Position numbers and translations under genes: made by a program | Shown here: one piece after another, positions 1 through 13,590 of the stretch | Layout: every line of letters begins with the position of its first letter | Position numbering within the stretch: position 1 is the first letter of the stretch | Assembly: GCF_001194135.2 (NCBI RefSeq) | Contig: NC_068987.1 | Span: 60,817,460-60,864,937 of the forward strand | Length of the DNA: 47,478 nt | Direction: 5' to 3' | Source of the DNA: Octopus bimaculoides | Lineage: Eukaryota | Notes under the pieces: model-generated | Seen by the model: only the letters and a program-made list of their open reading frames with translations | Told to the model about the DNA's origin: nothing | Databases searched by the model: none

Positions 1-255
1 CTGGACTGGCTTGTGCGGGTGGCACATAAAAGACACCATTTCGAGCGTGGCCGTTTTCGTGCGGGTGACACGTAAAAGCACCCACTACACTCTCTGAGTG
101 GTTGGCGTTAGGAAGGGCATCCAGCTGTAGAAACTCTGCCAAATCAGATTGGAGCCTGGTGTCGCCTCCTGGTCCACCAGTCCTCAGTCAAATCGTCCAA
201 CCCATGCTAGCATGGAAAGCAGACGTTAAACGATGATGATGATGATGATGATGAT
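1..255 (+). mobile_element. 3' part of an RTE-tailed SINE/LINE-derived repeat ending in (GAT)n (family D), cut by the window edge
   Basis: GGCGTTAGGAAGGGCATCCAGC...CCAACCCATGCTAGCATGGAAAGC...GTTAAAC(GAT)n; the same sequence recurs at 920, 4608, 18856 and 28336. Confidence 0.75.
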
Positions 256-919
256 ATATATATCTATATATATATATATATATTTTTTATTTGTATGTGT
301 GCATATTTATATCACCATTTCTTGGCATGCTATAGTTGTGTTTGTCACCATCAAAGAAGTGTCATTCATTTCCAGTTTTCCATGAAAACATGCCTGACCC
401 TGGAGAAATGCTACTATGCTTGCAAGCATAGAAAAGTGGACGATGAAACAATTATGACACAAGGATTGCCTGCATATTTGTTCTAATTAACTTAGTTGAC
501 AATTCCATGGTATTCAGTGGGAATCTTATCTTAAAAAATTACAATTTTAAAGTAACATGTAGGTTAAATTAAAAACCAAAAATAGGACTCTGTAGTCCTG
601 GAAAATAGTGTAATTTCCTGTTGGTAATCCATTTTAGCAAAATCCTTTTCTAGTTCTTTTCAGCTTTAGTATTTATCACCTCTATCGTTGTTATTTAATT
701 CAAGACGGTTCCAATGTTTGTTTGTAAATGATAGGACAATATCTAATTGCTACATGTACCATTGTTATAGAAGCCTTCATTTCAAAGAGGTAGTTTAAAA
801 TGTTACCTTAAACAGGACAAGCAATTACATAGATCACCTCCTCTGATGCCCCCCCCCCCTCCACCTCCTCACTATCTCAAAATTCCTTGTCTTGCAAGAT
901 ACTCGGTGACTCTGCATTG

Positions 920-1183
920 CTGGTATCACATAAAAAGCATCCAGTCCACTGTGAAGTTGTTGGCATTTGTAAAAACCATGCCAAAACTGACCTTGCCTGT
1001 GCTGGTGCCATGTAAAAAGCACTCTGTTCACTCTACAGCATGGTTAGTGTTAGGAAGGGCGTCCAGCCATAAAAACCCCGTCAAAACAGACACAGTAGTC
1101 TGGAGTAGTCTTCTACCTGGCCAGCTCCTGTCAGACTGTCCAACCCATGCCTGCATGGAAGACAGATGTTAAATGAGGGTGAT
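920..1183 (+). mobile_element. diverged family D (RTE-tailed) repeat
   Basis: TTAGGAAGGGCGTCCAGCC and CCAACCCATGCCTGCATGGAAGACAGATGTTAAATGA match the 1-255 copy. Confidence 0.6.
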
Positions 1184-1431
1184 ATATTGTATGAAGGTCC
1201 TTACAAGGATTAAGTGATTAAGAAACTTGTTTTTCCTTGTGATTAGTATACCAACACTATAAGCTAATGAAACTTCCATTATGTTATGTAGGCTGGATCT
1301 TACCATGCATCTTACTTACAGTAAGGAGTTAAACAATGGATTGCAACTGTACTTCTTGTCTGATGTCTTAATGATTCAATTAGCACCGAACTCACAGTAT
1401 TTAGTTTTGACTCTTTATGTTCTAAGTTTAA

Positions 1432-1651
1432 CCCTTTAGAATTCATATTATTCTGCCAAATGTACTGCGTATTTATTTACATTGTTTTCAATTAATCATG
1501 CATTATCTCATAGCTTCGAGTTTTCCTTGATATGATTATATATTTTTAAAATGACATTATAAGGTAGGTGTGATATTCCGGATCTGACCAGTTTGAAAAT
1601 CAAACTGGTAGGATATTTGGGCTGGTTATGACCAGTTTAAATGCTAATGGG
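1432..1651. mobile_element. piggyBac-type MITE
   Basis: TTAA|CCCTTTAG ... CTAATGGG|CTAA: short TIR with a degenerate TTAA target site. Confidence 0.45.
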
Positions 1652-2408
1652 CTAAATCCTATTGGGTCAACTTTAAGGTCAGTAATATGAGTACTTAGCA
1701 TCATGAGATCAATTCAGTTGAGTAAAATACCTCCTTTATAGACATGTGACCTTGTACTAGCATAAGACATCGTTATTATTTGTGACGAATATTAAAAACA
1801 CAGTGGTTTAGCATTTTAAAGAATAATTACATTAAAATCTGCCTTTGTTATAACACATTTATAGTGTATAATAATATGTAACTCTCATTGGTATTGATTT
1901 AAAAATTGTTTAATTATTTCCTGTGAAAAGATTACTTCTCATATCTTTTGGAAATATATATTTCTTCATTATCCATAAATATGTGTTCCAGTCATTATTC
2001 AGTTTGTTTGTTTTTTTTTGTTTTTTTGTGCACAAACTCTCTTGAGATTTTAGTTAATTTGTTATATTTCATTAGCACAAAAGTTTTGAAGTTCTAGCTA
2101 TATTTAGACAGATATATGATGGATTTCAAAATTACCTTCCAAAAATATGTAATTAATTATGAAAATATGTTAAATTTCTTGCTCTATCCAATATTTACAT
2201 TATATTTTGTCCTTGAATAAAGAATCTTATGTTGCTCCTATCTTTGAAGACAGAACTGATGTGCTATTCTCACTGCCATCTAAAATCCGCACCATGATCA
2301 TTAATATTTTCAGTGTTGTTAGCACCTCCACTTATGCTATCACTAACCCCAGCAATGCTATGACTACCACTACAAGCACCATCACCCTATTGGTAATATC
2401 ATCACCAC

Positions 2409-2445
<37 letters not shown>

Positions 2446-3814
2446 TACATCAAGTATCATTTTAATTTGCAAGTGCACTTCAGTGAGACGTGGCTGTTAA
2501 AGATCCTTCCCACTTCTGTAACACACACACATGCAGTTGAAGTTTTTTTGTTGTTTTTTTTTTTTCTCACTGTTCATTTCACAGTTTCCAACTATTATTG
2601 ATCTGTTGTTTCTTGTCTTTGGTTTTACACTTCATTTTCTTCAGAACTCTCGCTCACTGTTTATCACAATCTTAACTTTTGCACATTTATTTATTTTCCT
2701 TGTTCTTTCTCTTTCTATCACTCTCTCTCTATCTCTCACATTCACAACAACTATCTGTTAACATTCAGTTGCTTTCTTCAACACACTCATGTTTCTCAGC
2801 TGCAGTGAAATTGTTTGAATAAATTATGTCTTTTTCCATCTTATTTTCTCAGCAGAATTTTATTTTATAAACATGTATGCATTTTATTTATTTCCTTTCT
2901 TTAATCATCCTTGCCCTAGCAATCAGGGCCCTCTAACCATATTTTGATGTCTATTCAGTTTTTGCTTGTGATTTGATCTCATTAATCATGTCAAGTTGTT
3001 TATGTAGCCACTTGTTATAATGGATGGGTGTGTTTATATATACATGTGTGTATGTATGTATGTATATGTGCATATAATAATAATATGTCATCATTTAATA
3101 TCTATATTCCATCCTGATATAGGACAGATAGTTTGACAGGTTTCCATGTGTCCAAGGATTGCATTGTGCTCTAATGTTTGCTTTGGTATGGTTTTTATAG
3201 CCACTAAATAGCATGGACAAGGTGTTTTTTTTTGTTGTTTTTTTTGTGCTGTTTGCACTGTTTAAATCAACATGCAGTTTGCAGGTCTATGACTCCTGGG
3301 AAGGTTCATACATGTACACATATATACAAGCATTTGAATTTAAAAGTGGGAGAAAAACTACTTAAATCCTGGAGTAGTATATTCATTTATTTAAGACTTT
3401 TGTTCTCCACATATCAGTGGAAAGAAAACACATCGAATGGATTATTGTGTGTGTGTGTGTGTAAAATTTAATCAACAGAATTTATAAAGTGACTCAAGGG
3501 CCAGGAATATATTTCTATATATGGGTAACAGTTTTTCATTTAGATATTATATATTGAAAGTGCCAGTTAAATCTTTTTTTTTTCTTAAGGTTTTTCATAT
3601 CTGCATATCAGTGCCTTACAATTTGTTCAGTTCATTGAAGCTCCTAAATAGATTAAATCAACATTTCCAGATTATCTTAATCCCATTTTCAGGATATAGT
3701 GTGGTGCTGGTATCTGTACTCCTATTTGTGTAATGAATAGCATTCATTTATGCAGACTTAACTGCCAGAATTTTGTTTGTGCAGATTTTACTCCTTGAAT
3801 TTTCACCATTAGTG

Positions 3815-3892
3815 CATTAGCATTCCATGCCATCGAATTTATATTTTGCCCATTAGCGTTTCATGTCATTGAATTTGTATTTTGCCCATTAG
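3815..3892 (+). repeat. 36-bp tandem repeat, 2 units plus a partial third
   Basis: CATTAGCATTCCATGCCATCGAATTTATATTTTGCC / CATTAGCGTTTCATGTCATTGAATTTGTATTTTGCC / CATTAG. Confidence 0.7.
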
Positions 3893-4607
3893 AATAACGT
3901 ATCATCATTGACGTATTTATTTTGTTTGTGACATGTGTATGCTGTTTGTACATTAATTGTAGCCTTGTACTGAGTTCTCAATATTGCTTTCATAATCATC
4001 TGTTACTGTGGAAAATTCTATAGAATATAGATGTATTATCATCTAATATTTTGTCCTTTCTAGCTTTATTTTTATAGTGTGCGATATAGTGTGTTTGCAA
4101 TTGCTATTTCTTGGAAATGCATATTCAGCATACGAAGGAGTGTTTTTCTTGTCTGGCCTGTGTAAAAACAAATCCTGAAGATTGTGACTTCAGCATTTAT
4201 AGTCAAATTTATGCATTACATTGATCATTCGTAGCTTGTTCTCAGGTTTACATGTGTGTGATGTTAGTATAGAAGTTTTTGATCTTATTCTTCTTGTAAT
4301 GCAATATTAGTGGCAGTTTATGGTTTGCTTTGGCACATGTAGGTTATGTATTTTAAGAAACTTTTGTTTATGGGTTCATCTCTTCTGTACTTAGTATGCA
4401 TTTGATTCATATAATGCACTTTATGTATGATATGTGGATGCTTAGTAGGTGTACTGCATAATGTGTTGTATACCTGTCTATATTAGTCAGTATTTTAGTC
4501 CACTAGTTTGTTTAAATGTCTGCTGTTCATTTAGTGTTAGTTTTATTCTGTGGATTTCTTTATTTAGTGTATCATTTGTGGAAGAGGATCTCCAGATATT
4601 ATATATA

Positions 4608-4790
4608 TCATCATCATACATCCATTTTCCATGCTGGCATGAGTTGCACAATTTGACAGGAGCTGACCAGCCAAAGAGCTATTTGGACTCCAGTTGTCTC
4701 TCTTTGGCATGGTTTTATGGCTGGATGCCCTTCCTAATGCCAACCACTTTACAGAGTGAACTAGGTGCTTTTTACATGCCACCAGCTTGG
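4608..4790 (-). mobile_element. family D (RTE-tailed) repeat, reverse orientation
   Basis: (CAT)n then TTTTCCATGCTGGCATG...GGATGCCCTTCCTAATGCCAACCAC. Confidence 0.65.
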
Positions 4791-5023
4791 ATGCATTTAC
4801 ATAGCACCAGCATATGTGTGTGTGTGTGTGTGTGTAGATATGTACGCATAGACACATGCATACATACACATGTATATATACATGTATGCATATACACATA
4901 TATATGTATATACATATACATACATGTGTGTTATGCGTGGCACCTTGAGCAGCAAGTATCGTCTACTATAGCCCTATGTCAGACAAAGCCTAGGAAATGC
5001 ATTTGGCAGATAGAAACTAAAAT

Positions 5024-5262
5024 AAAGCGGTGAGTTGGCAGAAACACTAGCGTGCCAGATGAAATGCTTAACGGTATTTTGTCTGCCGTTATGTTCTGAG
5101 TTCAAATTCCGCCCAGGTCGACTTTGCCTTTCATCCTTTCGGGGTCGATAAATTAAGTACCAGTTATGCACTGGGGTCGATGTAATTGACTTAATCCCTT
5201 TGTCTGTCCTTGTTTCTCCACTCTATGTTTAGCCCCTTGTGGGCAACAAAGAATTAAGAAAC
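5024..5262 (+). mobile_element. tRNA-derived SINE, family C (octopus OK/OR-like; exact family not assigned)
   Basis: A-box-like GGTGAGTTGGCAGAA, B-box-like GAGTTCAAATTCC, then GGTCGACTTTGCCTTTCATCC; many copies in the window. Confidence 0.8.
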
Positions 5263-5692
5263 TAAAATAAAGCCTGTCATGTATGTATATGTGTGTGTAT
5301 TTGTGACAGTGAGTCTGTAATTTCTAGCTTACACATGTTTGCTGATTGTAAACAATGGTTTCATTAGTGCTGTCATTTGCCTACAGCCCACCATGAAAGC
5401 ATTTCCAGCCTTCTTGTGGTTTCCAGATCTCCACTTGAATATCTCCATTTGTTGCTCAATAGACATTGGGAACATGAAGGATATTTGTTATAGAAACTCT
5501 CCTCCAACATACTGTTATCTGATCATGCAAGCATGGAAAAGATGTACTTGTTTCAGTCATTTGACCGTGACCATGCTGGAGCACGGCCTACACACGTTTA
5601 TGTTGTGACAATTTAGAAACTTTGAGAGAATGTGAATTAATTTATTTTTAATAGTTAAACTCGAAGTAGCTAAAGCCATAGATAATAGTATC

Positions 5693-5962
5693 TTTGTCTT
5701 TTACTTGTTTCATTCTTTAGACTGTGGCCCTGCTGAAGCACTGCCTTGAAGAATTTTTGCTGAATATGTCAACCCCAGTATTTATTTTTTATAAAGCTTA
5801 TTTGATTGTTCCTTGTTGCCAAACTGCTAAGTTATGTGGACATAAACACACCAACACTAGTTGTCAAGCAGTGGTGGGGAACAAACGCATACACATAAAT
5901 ATGTGTTATGGGCTTCTTTCAGTTTCTATCTACCAAATCTACTCACAAGGTTTTGGTCAGTG
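5693..5962 (-). mobile_element. partial tRNA-derived SINE, family A/B
   Basis: reverse tail TTTTACTTGTTTCA..., GGGCTTCTTTCAGTTTCTATCTACCAAATC. Confidence 0.6.
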
Positions 5963-6366
5963 TGTGAATATTGGGTTAAAAACTTGGGTTTTTAACCCAA
6001 TATTTACACGTTATTGTTTATAGCTTTATGTAATTCAAGTTCAGCTGTTAAAAGTTGTGTATGTGTGTGTGTATATATATATATATGTATATGGAGTGGA
6101 GGTGTGGGGTGAAAGATTTTCAAATTGGAAAGGGAGTAAGACCTAAATTCATCTTTAAATTCATATCTGTCACTTTAGCAACAAAAAAAAGGACTTTAAT
6201 TAAACTTTCATAAAAGATCTAAATGAGAGGAATCTGTTATTGAAGACTGCATCAAAATTGATACACTTGGGAAAAAAAAACACATTAAGGGCACATAAAA
6301 GCATTTAGATTTGAAAGTGATCACTGTGGCATCAAACTGTAGTTATGGGTGTGTATGTGTACACAG

Positions 6367-6404
<38 letters not shown>

Positions 6405-6793
6405 GGCACAGGCATAGCTTTGTGGTTAAGAAGTTTGCTTCCCATTGACATCGCTTCAGGTTCAGTCCCATTATGTGGCAATTTTGGGTGAGTGTCTTCT
6501 AATGAAGCCCAGTGTCAGCCAAAGCCTTATGAATGGATTTTGTATGGATATGTATATTTGTCTGCTTGTCTTGACCTAGTGATAGTTGTGTATGAGTGTT
6601 GCATCATACAAGTAGTGCACTTCATTTCCAATCTTCCATAGAGCCATGTGTGACTATGGGAGGAAAATACTACCTTACTTGGACACTGTTGAGGGTTGGC
6701 GATGGGAAGAGCTTCCAACTGTAGAAAAAGTTGTCTTATGAATTTCATCTGACCATGCTAGCATGAAATTGTGGACATTAAAATAAGGATGAA
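6405..6793 (+). mobile_element. composite SINE: family A tRNA-like head plus RTE-type tail
   Basis: GGCACAGGCATAGCTTTGTGGTTAAGAAG...TTCAGTCCCA head; tail GTTGGCGATGGGAAGAGC...CCATGCTAGCATG; mirrored at 18342-18818. Confidence 0.55.
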
Positions 6794-8618
6794 AGTAAGC
6801 AGTTGGGTCTAAACTAAGTAGGGGTGGTCTGTATCAGCCAGTTTGTTAATATAAACTGTTGAAAAGTGAAAGAATCTGTGGCGGCATGTTGAATATGCAC
6901 TCCACCTATTTTTGTCTTTTTTTTGTTTTTTTCTCAGAATCCTATATCTTCAACAACGGAGATTATTATTTAGCTCAAAAACAGCTTTAAAATTAGCATC
7001 CCCTGCCTGACCAAGAAGTATTGCCCAATTGATTCAGAGTTCTGTATTGACATAAAAGCTCCTCTTTTATTTCCCATCTGTTTCCTTTTTTCTATCCAGG
7101 CTTTGTTTTAGTGGCCAATATCCTCTCCACTGACTTGGACTAGCTTCAACAAGATTTTGGATAACGTTCTCCATATGGAGGGTGTTTGATTTATTAGACT
7201 CAGAAGAAAGTAAAATAGCACACCAAATCTGAGACAAGACACAGTGAAAACTATGTTTTCCTTTCTTTACAGTGAACCTGATCAATATTCATGTTTACTT
7301 TCTGAGAGTGTAAAATTTCTGAAGATTGGATTATCACTTCTGCCATTAGTGGACATCAGTGTTTTGCTTGACCTAATGATCGCTGCATTTCTTTTGTCTT
7401 TCGAGTTAGTTCTTGATATATGTGGAGAAGTGAGGTATCAATGTGGCAAATCCCTTTATTCTGGGATACTTTATAGTTGTCATATCAACTGAATGCTGGT
7501 TACTTGGCTCAACATACTGAAATTTATTTTTAAAGCAAGCCCAAGCAAAAACAAATATTTCCCTTGTTCTGGAACCCATGAGATCAAGGGATGATGGGAA
7601 AAGGCTTCATAAGCTTATCTTTTCTCTCTGTGCTAGAAGCAGATATCAGAGGTTTTTATTTATTATTATGATTATTTTACCCCTTTACACATTCTACATG
7701 CTGTAGTGGAGGTGTGGAATAATGCATCCGTACCTGAACAGAATAAGTCACACAAGTATCATCAATTATGCATAAATTACATTTTCCAACTCATGGCATT
7801 TAAAAAATTTGGTGGAACTAGCAGGTGGGAACTGCTTACCACAATTATTTTTACTTCTTGTAGGTGGTCTTGTCTGGTAGGAGCATCAGGCAAGGTTTAT
7901 GAAGAGACCTGCCAGTTCCAGCATCAATTCATGGAAATTCTGTCTTGAGTCATTTCTTTTGGTAAAACACAAAGATCCAGGTGGATCTGATTACAATGCT
8001 TCAATAAATGCTCAAAAATATTAATTTATTAGATATTCTCCTTTATTTATTTATTTTTTTTTTACTCCATATATATAAGTTTGCAGTAAATTACAGTGAA
8101 GTGTATCTTGAATTACAACACTAAAAACATTGAATAAAGCTCAGCTGTAAATAATTTATGAATTGTTACAACATAAATATGCATGCTTGTCTATGTGTGT
8201 TTATCAGCTCAGCATGGGATGGCAAAAAATATCTGTTTCATAGATATATCTCTTGGTTTTTAGTATCATACAAGTTATGTCATTTTATTACATGAGATTG
8301 TTAGCTTGGGTTGATATAATTGAGGGAAACATTTGGAGATGATACCCTAGCAATGTTCTAATGACTGGAACCATTGAAAGACTATATTAGGTCTATATCT
8401 ATTTGCTGTACACTTTCCTAACTAGAACTATTTATATTCATTGTATTTACTAAATTTCACTCATGACTGTCTCACTTCACAGTGCATCTTGTTTTCTTTA
8501 TGCTGTTAAATGATTACAAAGTTCAGTGTAGATTCTTTGCAGATGTTGACATATCTCAAGGTTACTCCAGTCCTTCATTTTCTATCCATATTACTGTATA
8601 CTATCCAATTAAGAGGCT

Positions 8619-9020
8619 TACTCTTTACTCTTTTACTTGTTTCAGTCATTTGACTGCGGCTATGCTGGGGCACCGCCTTTAATCGAGCAAATTGACCCCA
8701 GGACTTATTCTTTTTAAGCCTAGTACTTATTCTATCGGTCTCTTTTTGCCGAACCGCTAAGTTACGGGGACGTAAACACACCAGCAACGGTTGTCAAGCG
8801 AAGTTGGGGGGGGGGGACAAATACAGACACACAAACATATACACACACATACATATATACATATATATGATGGGCTTCTTTCAGTTTCCGTCTACCAAAT
8901 CCACTCACAAGGCTTTGGTCGGCCCGAGGCTATAGTAGAAGACACTTGCCCAAGGTGCCACGCAGTAGGACTGAACCCGGAACCATGTGGTTAGTAAGCA
9001 AGTTACTTACCACACAGCCA
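8619..9020 (-). mobile_element. young near-full-length tRNA-derived SINE, family A/B
   Basis: reverse complement of the 14150 and 44808 copies; CpGs retained; internal CA/TA microsatellite. Confidence 0.85.
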
Positions 9021-9893
9021 CAAACTATAAGGAGTTTTTCCTCCTAATATCGTAGATATTTTCATGGATTTTCTGAAGCTGGAATCATCAGCTCTAATTC
9101 AAAATCACCAAATATACTTTTTAGCCAATAAAGGAGCCTGTATGTGGTTGCCTAGTCTGCTGGAAGTACCAGTTAAATCTTTTAATTCACATTGGATTAT
9201 GTAGTCCTAGATATATGCTTATTACATCTCAATAAAAGATGAGATTACCCTGGCTAGAAACATCTCTGATCCTAGATCTGGTGGCAATAGAAGCTAACCT
9301 GGGGCTATACAACAACAAAAACAACACATGCTTTGTCTTTGTGTTGTGTATCTAGGACAAGCTCTGTCTTTGCAAGCTGGTTATTCAATTCACTCTTGCT
9401 GGTAATCACTGAAATCAGATGAGTAAAACAGCTCAATTGAAAAGTAAATCTCTCTAGTAGATTCTGCTTGTTAGAAGTTTTCCACCACCTCCACCATCAC
9501 ATTTAGGTATTTATTAGAATATTTTACTTCTGAAGGAATACCAGTCAGTATTTTTGGAGTCGAGATATTATCAGCTGTTAAAACTACTTTACAAACAGGG
9601 GTTCCATACACTTTAAGATCTTTCATATAATCTAGCTATTTTCTGTAGTTCTACTACTTCTGTTATACACCGAAATATGTTAAAGCATATTTCTTTGAGG
9701 CTCTTTCCGGCAGCATATGCTTTTATGTATGTGTGAATATCTGCCTTGATTGTATATGATGTTTATATATATATGGGTGTATGTACATGAGCATATATTT
9801 ATCTATCTCTTTGTGTGTGCATATATATGCATATATTTATACAAAATTCTGTGTGTGTGCAAATTTATATATATATATATATATTTCTCTCAG

Positions 9894-9961
9894 ACAACTG
9901 TATTGAGAAATTATCATGCACGCAGACAATTTAAGCCATGCAGTATATGTTCACAATATGA
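9894..9961 (+). CDS. candidate coding exon, unidentified gene (TTVLRNYHARRQFKPCSICSQY)
   Basis: acceptor TTTCTCTCAG, donor GA|GTAAAA, only one open frame; phase-compatible with 10448. Confidence 0.3.
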
Positions 9962-10002
9962 GTAAAAGTTGGGGGAACTCGCTTATTTTCTCCTCCACCC
10001 TA

Positions 10003-10062
<60 letters not shown>

Positions 10063-10447
10063 ACTGTTGTTATCCAGTACATTTTGAATTTTATCACAAT
10101 AGAACAAATTAGTGCTGTAGTTTTAGGTTTCTGTTTTATCATAAGCTTCCATGCTGTGCTTCTTTTTTTTATGAAATATATCTATGTGTTTTGGTATTTT
10201 GGTATTCTTAAAATTTGTTGATCTTTTAAAACATTTGACTTTTTCTCTCTTTTTTTTTTTGGTTTTGTATTTTTGTTTTCCTCATTACTTCTTTTTGTTT
10301 GTTTGTTTGAAGCATCCTCTTGTTTGAATGTTGGCATAATCTGTACAAACTAGTTTAGCTTTTTTTTTTCTGTTGAGATCTGTTGTGAAAGCTGTCAATA
10401 ATATTACAGAAAAAATGTGTGTGTATTTGTGATTTTCTAAATAACAG

Positions 10448-10509
10448 TTCAAACGCAAAAATAAGAAGCTTATCAGAAGGAAATTCATGGTTCAGTTCCT
10501 CTCCACGAG
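10448..10509 (+). CDS. candidate coding exon (D-SNAKIRSLSEGNSWFSSSPR-G)
   Basis: acceptor TTTTCTAAATAACAG, weak donor G|GTTTAT; phases fit both neighbours. Confidence 0.3.
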
Positions 10510-10698
10510 GTTTATTGTCCTTATTCATGTGTTTACCAAATATTTGCCATCTAACATTATATTAATGGTATACGTATATGTGTGTATATATGTATGTGTG
10601 TACAGACAAACATATATGCATATATATATATTAGCATATATATGTGTATGCATAGTCATGGTCAATCTGGGAAGTAACTGCAATTTGTTTTTTTGTAG

Positions 10699-10766
10699 GC
10701 ATAAGAACACAAATAAAAGGAGTTAGATTATACAGCAAGGATGATACAAACAAACATAATATGTGA
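10699..10766 (+). CDS. candidate terminal coding exon (G-IRTQIKGVRLYSKDDTNKHNM*)
   Basis: acceptor TTTGTTTTTTTGTAG; followed by about 1.2 kb of U-rich UTR-like sequence with AATAAA near 11963. Confidence 0.3.
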
Positions 10767-12665
10767 AGTTTGGCAAGTGAAACACTTGGCTGAAAAAGTA
10801 TATAAGTATAAAGCAAAATAACAATGATGGAAGAAATGTAAAGTGAAAATAAATATTTCAATGAAAGTAATATAAAAGAATCTTACTTTTCAGATTATAC
10901 CTTTTGTCTAAAAGAAGGAAAAGCAAGAGGAAAAGAAAACAATTAATGATATTGAATTTATGATGCCTGTTTACATGACTGGCTTAATATAGATGTGTAT
11001 TTGTGGGTGTAAATATGTAAATACAGATAGACTGAGATAAATAGATATGATTAATTTAACGATATTTTAGTATTTATACAACTGTCATTGGAAAGTGAAG
11101 TGTTTTTTTGTTTTGTTTTGTTTTTGTACTGGTGGCTTATACATACTTAAACTTTGATTGTTTCTTTCTTGTGTGTATTTTTGTTAAAAGAAAGTATGTC
11201 TAAACATATGATTTTGACGCCTGAGTTTGTTTTTGGTTGAATCACATCATTATCTCAAATAGATATACTTTTCTGCATTGTTTTGTATTGTAAGAGTATC
11301 AAAATATTTTGTTCCACATTAATGGACTCCTTATCAATATTCTTTTCCCGTTGATTGTTATTTTCAATGATTCATTCAGTAATGGAGGATTTTTTTTTTT
11401 TTTATGTTAAATGTGAAGTTAAGAAATATGACACTAACAAAACTCAAATGTAGTTTTAATTGTATTAACTATTTTTTTATTACAATTGTGATTCAGTTTT
11501 GAGCTTGACTCCTATTAAATTTCCTTGTCCTGCCTTCTAAGTCAGAGATTGTTAATATACAATACATTGTTTAAAATTCTGAATCAGCAAAAATATACCA
11601 TTAAAAAGATAAGTTCAGATAACTTCATCAATGTCTGGGAGTCAAACCATTTGATATGTTAAACTATATATTACATTTATCTTGTCAAACAAATCTCTTA
11701 ACTGCTTTGATAATTTATGTGATTTCATATAATTGGTTTTAATGATTAAATTTATTAAATTCTGGCTCGAAATGATATTTTGTTCTTTTGATTTTTTTTT
11801 TTTTTTTAAATTTATTTTGATTAATAATGATATGAAAAATGTTGAATCTCATCTGGTCAGTTTGTTTTTCTCTGTATATCTCTCATCCTTCTTTCTTCTC
11901 TCTCTCTCTCATTTTTTATATCATTCTTTATCTAATGCTCATAAATTATAAGGCTTTTTGAAAATAAAAGCAGATGTTCACAGTAACCAACATAAGGAAA
12001 ACAAATATAAATATATATATATATATATATCAAAAGAATCATACTGATTGTTAGCTAAATCAAAACACAACATCAAGGTATTTTCAATCAAATTTTCACA
12101 AGTGTCATACAGGATATGAGGTTCAATGAATCTTTTTCATTTCATTTATGTTTGTATTTTTTTTTTTTCTGCTCATTGTCACATTTCACACACTTGAAAA
12201 TGTACACATCCCACCAATAAATTATCTCAAAATCTTTATTTAGCCATTTCTTATTAGATGGATACCTATTGTTCACTTTACCCCTCATCACTCACTGCAC
12301 ATAGTCCCAAACTCTTTTCACACCGTCTTCCCACATTGTCATTCTCCCATTGTATATATTACACAATTTTTGTGACACGGTTTCGTTCTTCAAGTTGCAT
12401 AGTGTAGAAATCGTTCTTTGAATTTTTCTTCTTTTTTTTACATATTATATATCATTTTATTTTGTCTTTATAGTATTCTATTGTTTTGTGAGTAGTCGAG
12501 ATATTTAAGTTGATTTTTAAAAATTCCAGTGTAGTTTCTTCATTTTACTTTTTGGTTCTATTTGATTATTTGTTGTGCATTAGTGTTTCACAAAACCCTG
12601 AAAGACATTTCATACTTATTCTGTGAGAATATATACTATATAATACACTCACATATATATATATA

Positions 12666-12830
12666 GGTGCAGTCCATGACTGTGTGGTTAAGAAGCTTGC
12701 TTCCCAACCACATGGTTTCAGATTTAGTGCCACTGAACAGCACCTTGATCAAGTGTCTTCTACTGTAGCCCATAGCAGACCAATAGCTAGTGAATGAGTT
12801 TGGTAGATGAAAATGGTACAGAAGCCACAT
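12666..12830 (+). mobile_element. family A SINE head fragment
   Basis: GACTGTGTGGTTAAGAAGCTTGCTTCCCAACCACATGG...AAGTGTCTTCTACTGTAGCC. Confidence 0.6.
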
Positions 12831-12923
12831 ATCTGTAGATATGTATATGTGTTTACATTCTGCATAATATATACATATTTGTCACTGTATGTGTGTTAGA
12901 ATATGTGCGTGTGTGTGTGTGTG

Positions 12924-12960
<37 letters not shown>

Positions 12961-13122
12961 GTGAAGTATATTTGCCACTTAAATGCGGCTGAACCCTAAG
13001 GGTGGATGTTACTGTTGGCTTTAGCCCCAGGAGAACATCTCCTCCAGCTGGCTATTGACACACATCTGTGTCCTGTCTGTATTTGCAAAGGGAAGTCATC
13101 CTTCCCATCTTGATCTGCGATA

Positions 13123-13167
13123 CGCACAGACTCGAGTTTCTGGGTATTTACTCTTCCTCAGCGTATG
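13123..13167 (-). ncRNA. minimal type I hammerhead ribozyme-like motif (left arm)
   Basis: minus strand CATACG-CTGAGGA-AGAGTAAATACCCA-GAAA-CTCGAG-TC-TGTGCG. Confidence 0.45.
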
Positions 13168-13373
13168 ACAACCACCGATCTTCGATGCGAAAGATGTCCT
13201 GATGCAAATACGTATTTACTTTTTCCAGTGAGAATATTCACTGATCTTGAAAAAGTGAAAACAAGCAATGTTAAATCTCTGAACGAGGTATTATCAGTAA
13301 CTGCACGACAACGTGGAAAAAGTATATACATATTTGCATCGGGAGATCTTTCGCATCAAAGATCGGCAGTTGT

Positions 13374-13418
13374 TGTATGCTGAGGACGTGTAAATACCCA
13401 GAAACTCGAGTCCGTGTG
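13374..13418 (+). ncRNA. minimal type I hammerhead ribozyme-like motif (right arm)
   Basis: TGTATG-CTGAGGA(13380-13386)-CGTGTAAATACCCA-GAAA(13401-13404)-CTCGAG-TC-CGTGTG; GUC site at 13410-13412; palindromic helix III ACTCGAGT; helix II imperfect. Confidence 0.5.
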
Positions 13419-13590
13419 TATCACAGATCAAGATGGGAGGAATGACTTCCCTTTGCAAATACAGGCAGGACACAGATGTGTGTCAATAGCCAGCTGGAGG
13501 AGATGTTCTCCTGGGGCTAAAGCAACAGTAACATCCACCCTTAGGGTTCAGCCGCAATTAAGTGGCAAATATACTGTTAATACCTCGTTC

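Noticed and set aside
846-1172. 108-aa ORF starting with poly-Pro
   Set aside because: It is a C-run followed by a family D repeat.
3815-3892. 36-bp repeats reminiscent of CRISPR
   Set aside because: The units are contiguous with no spacers, there are no cas genes and the context is eukaryotic.
6930-7960. Cluster of strong plus-strand acceptors and the 80-82 aa ORFs at 7244 and 7706
   Set aside because: Most candidate exons contain stops in all frames, and no consistent chain or recognisable protein emerged. It may be UTR or non-coding.
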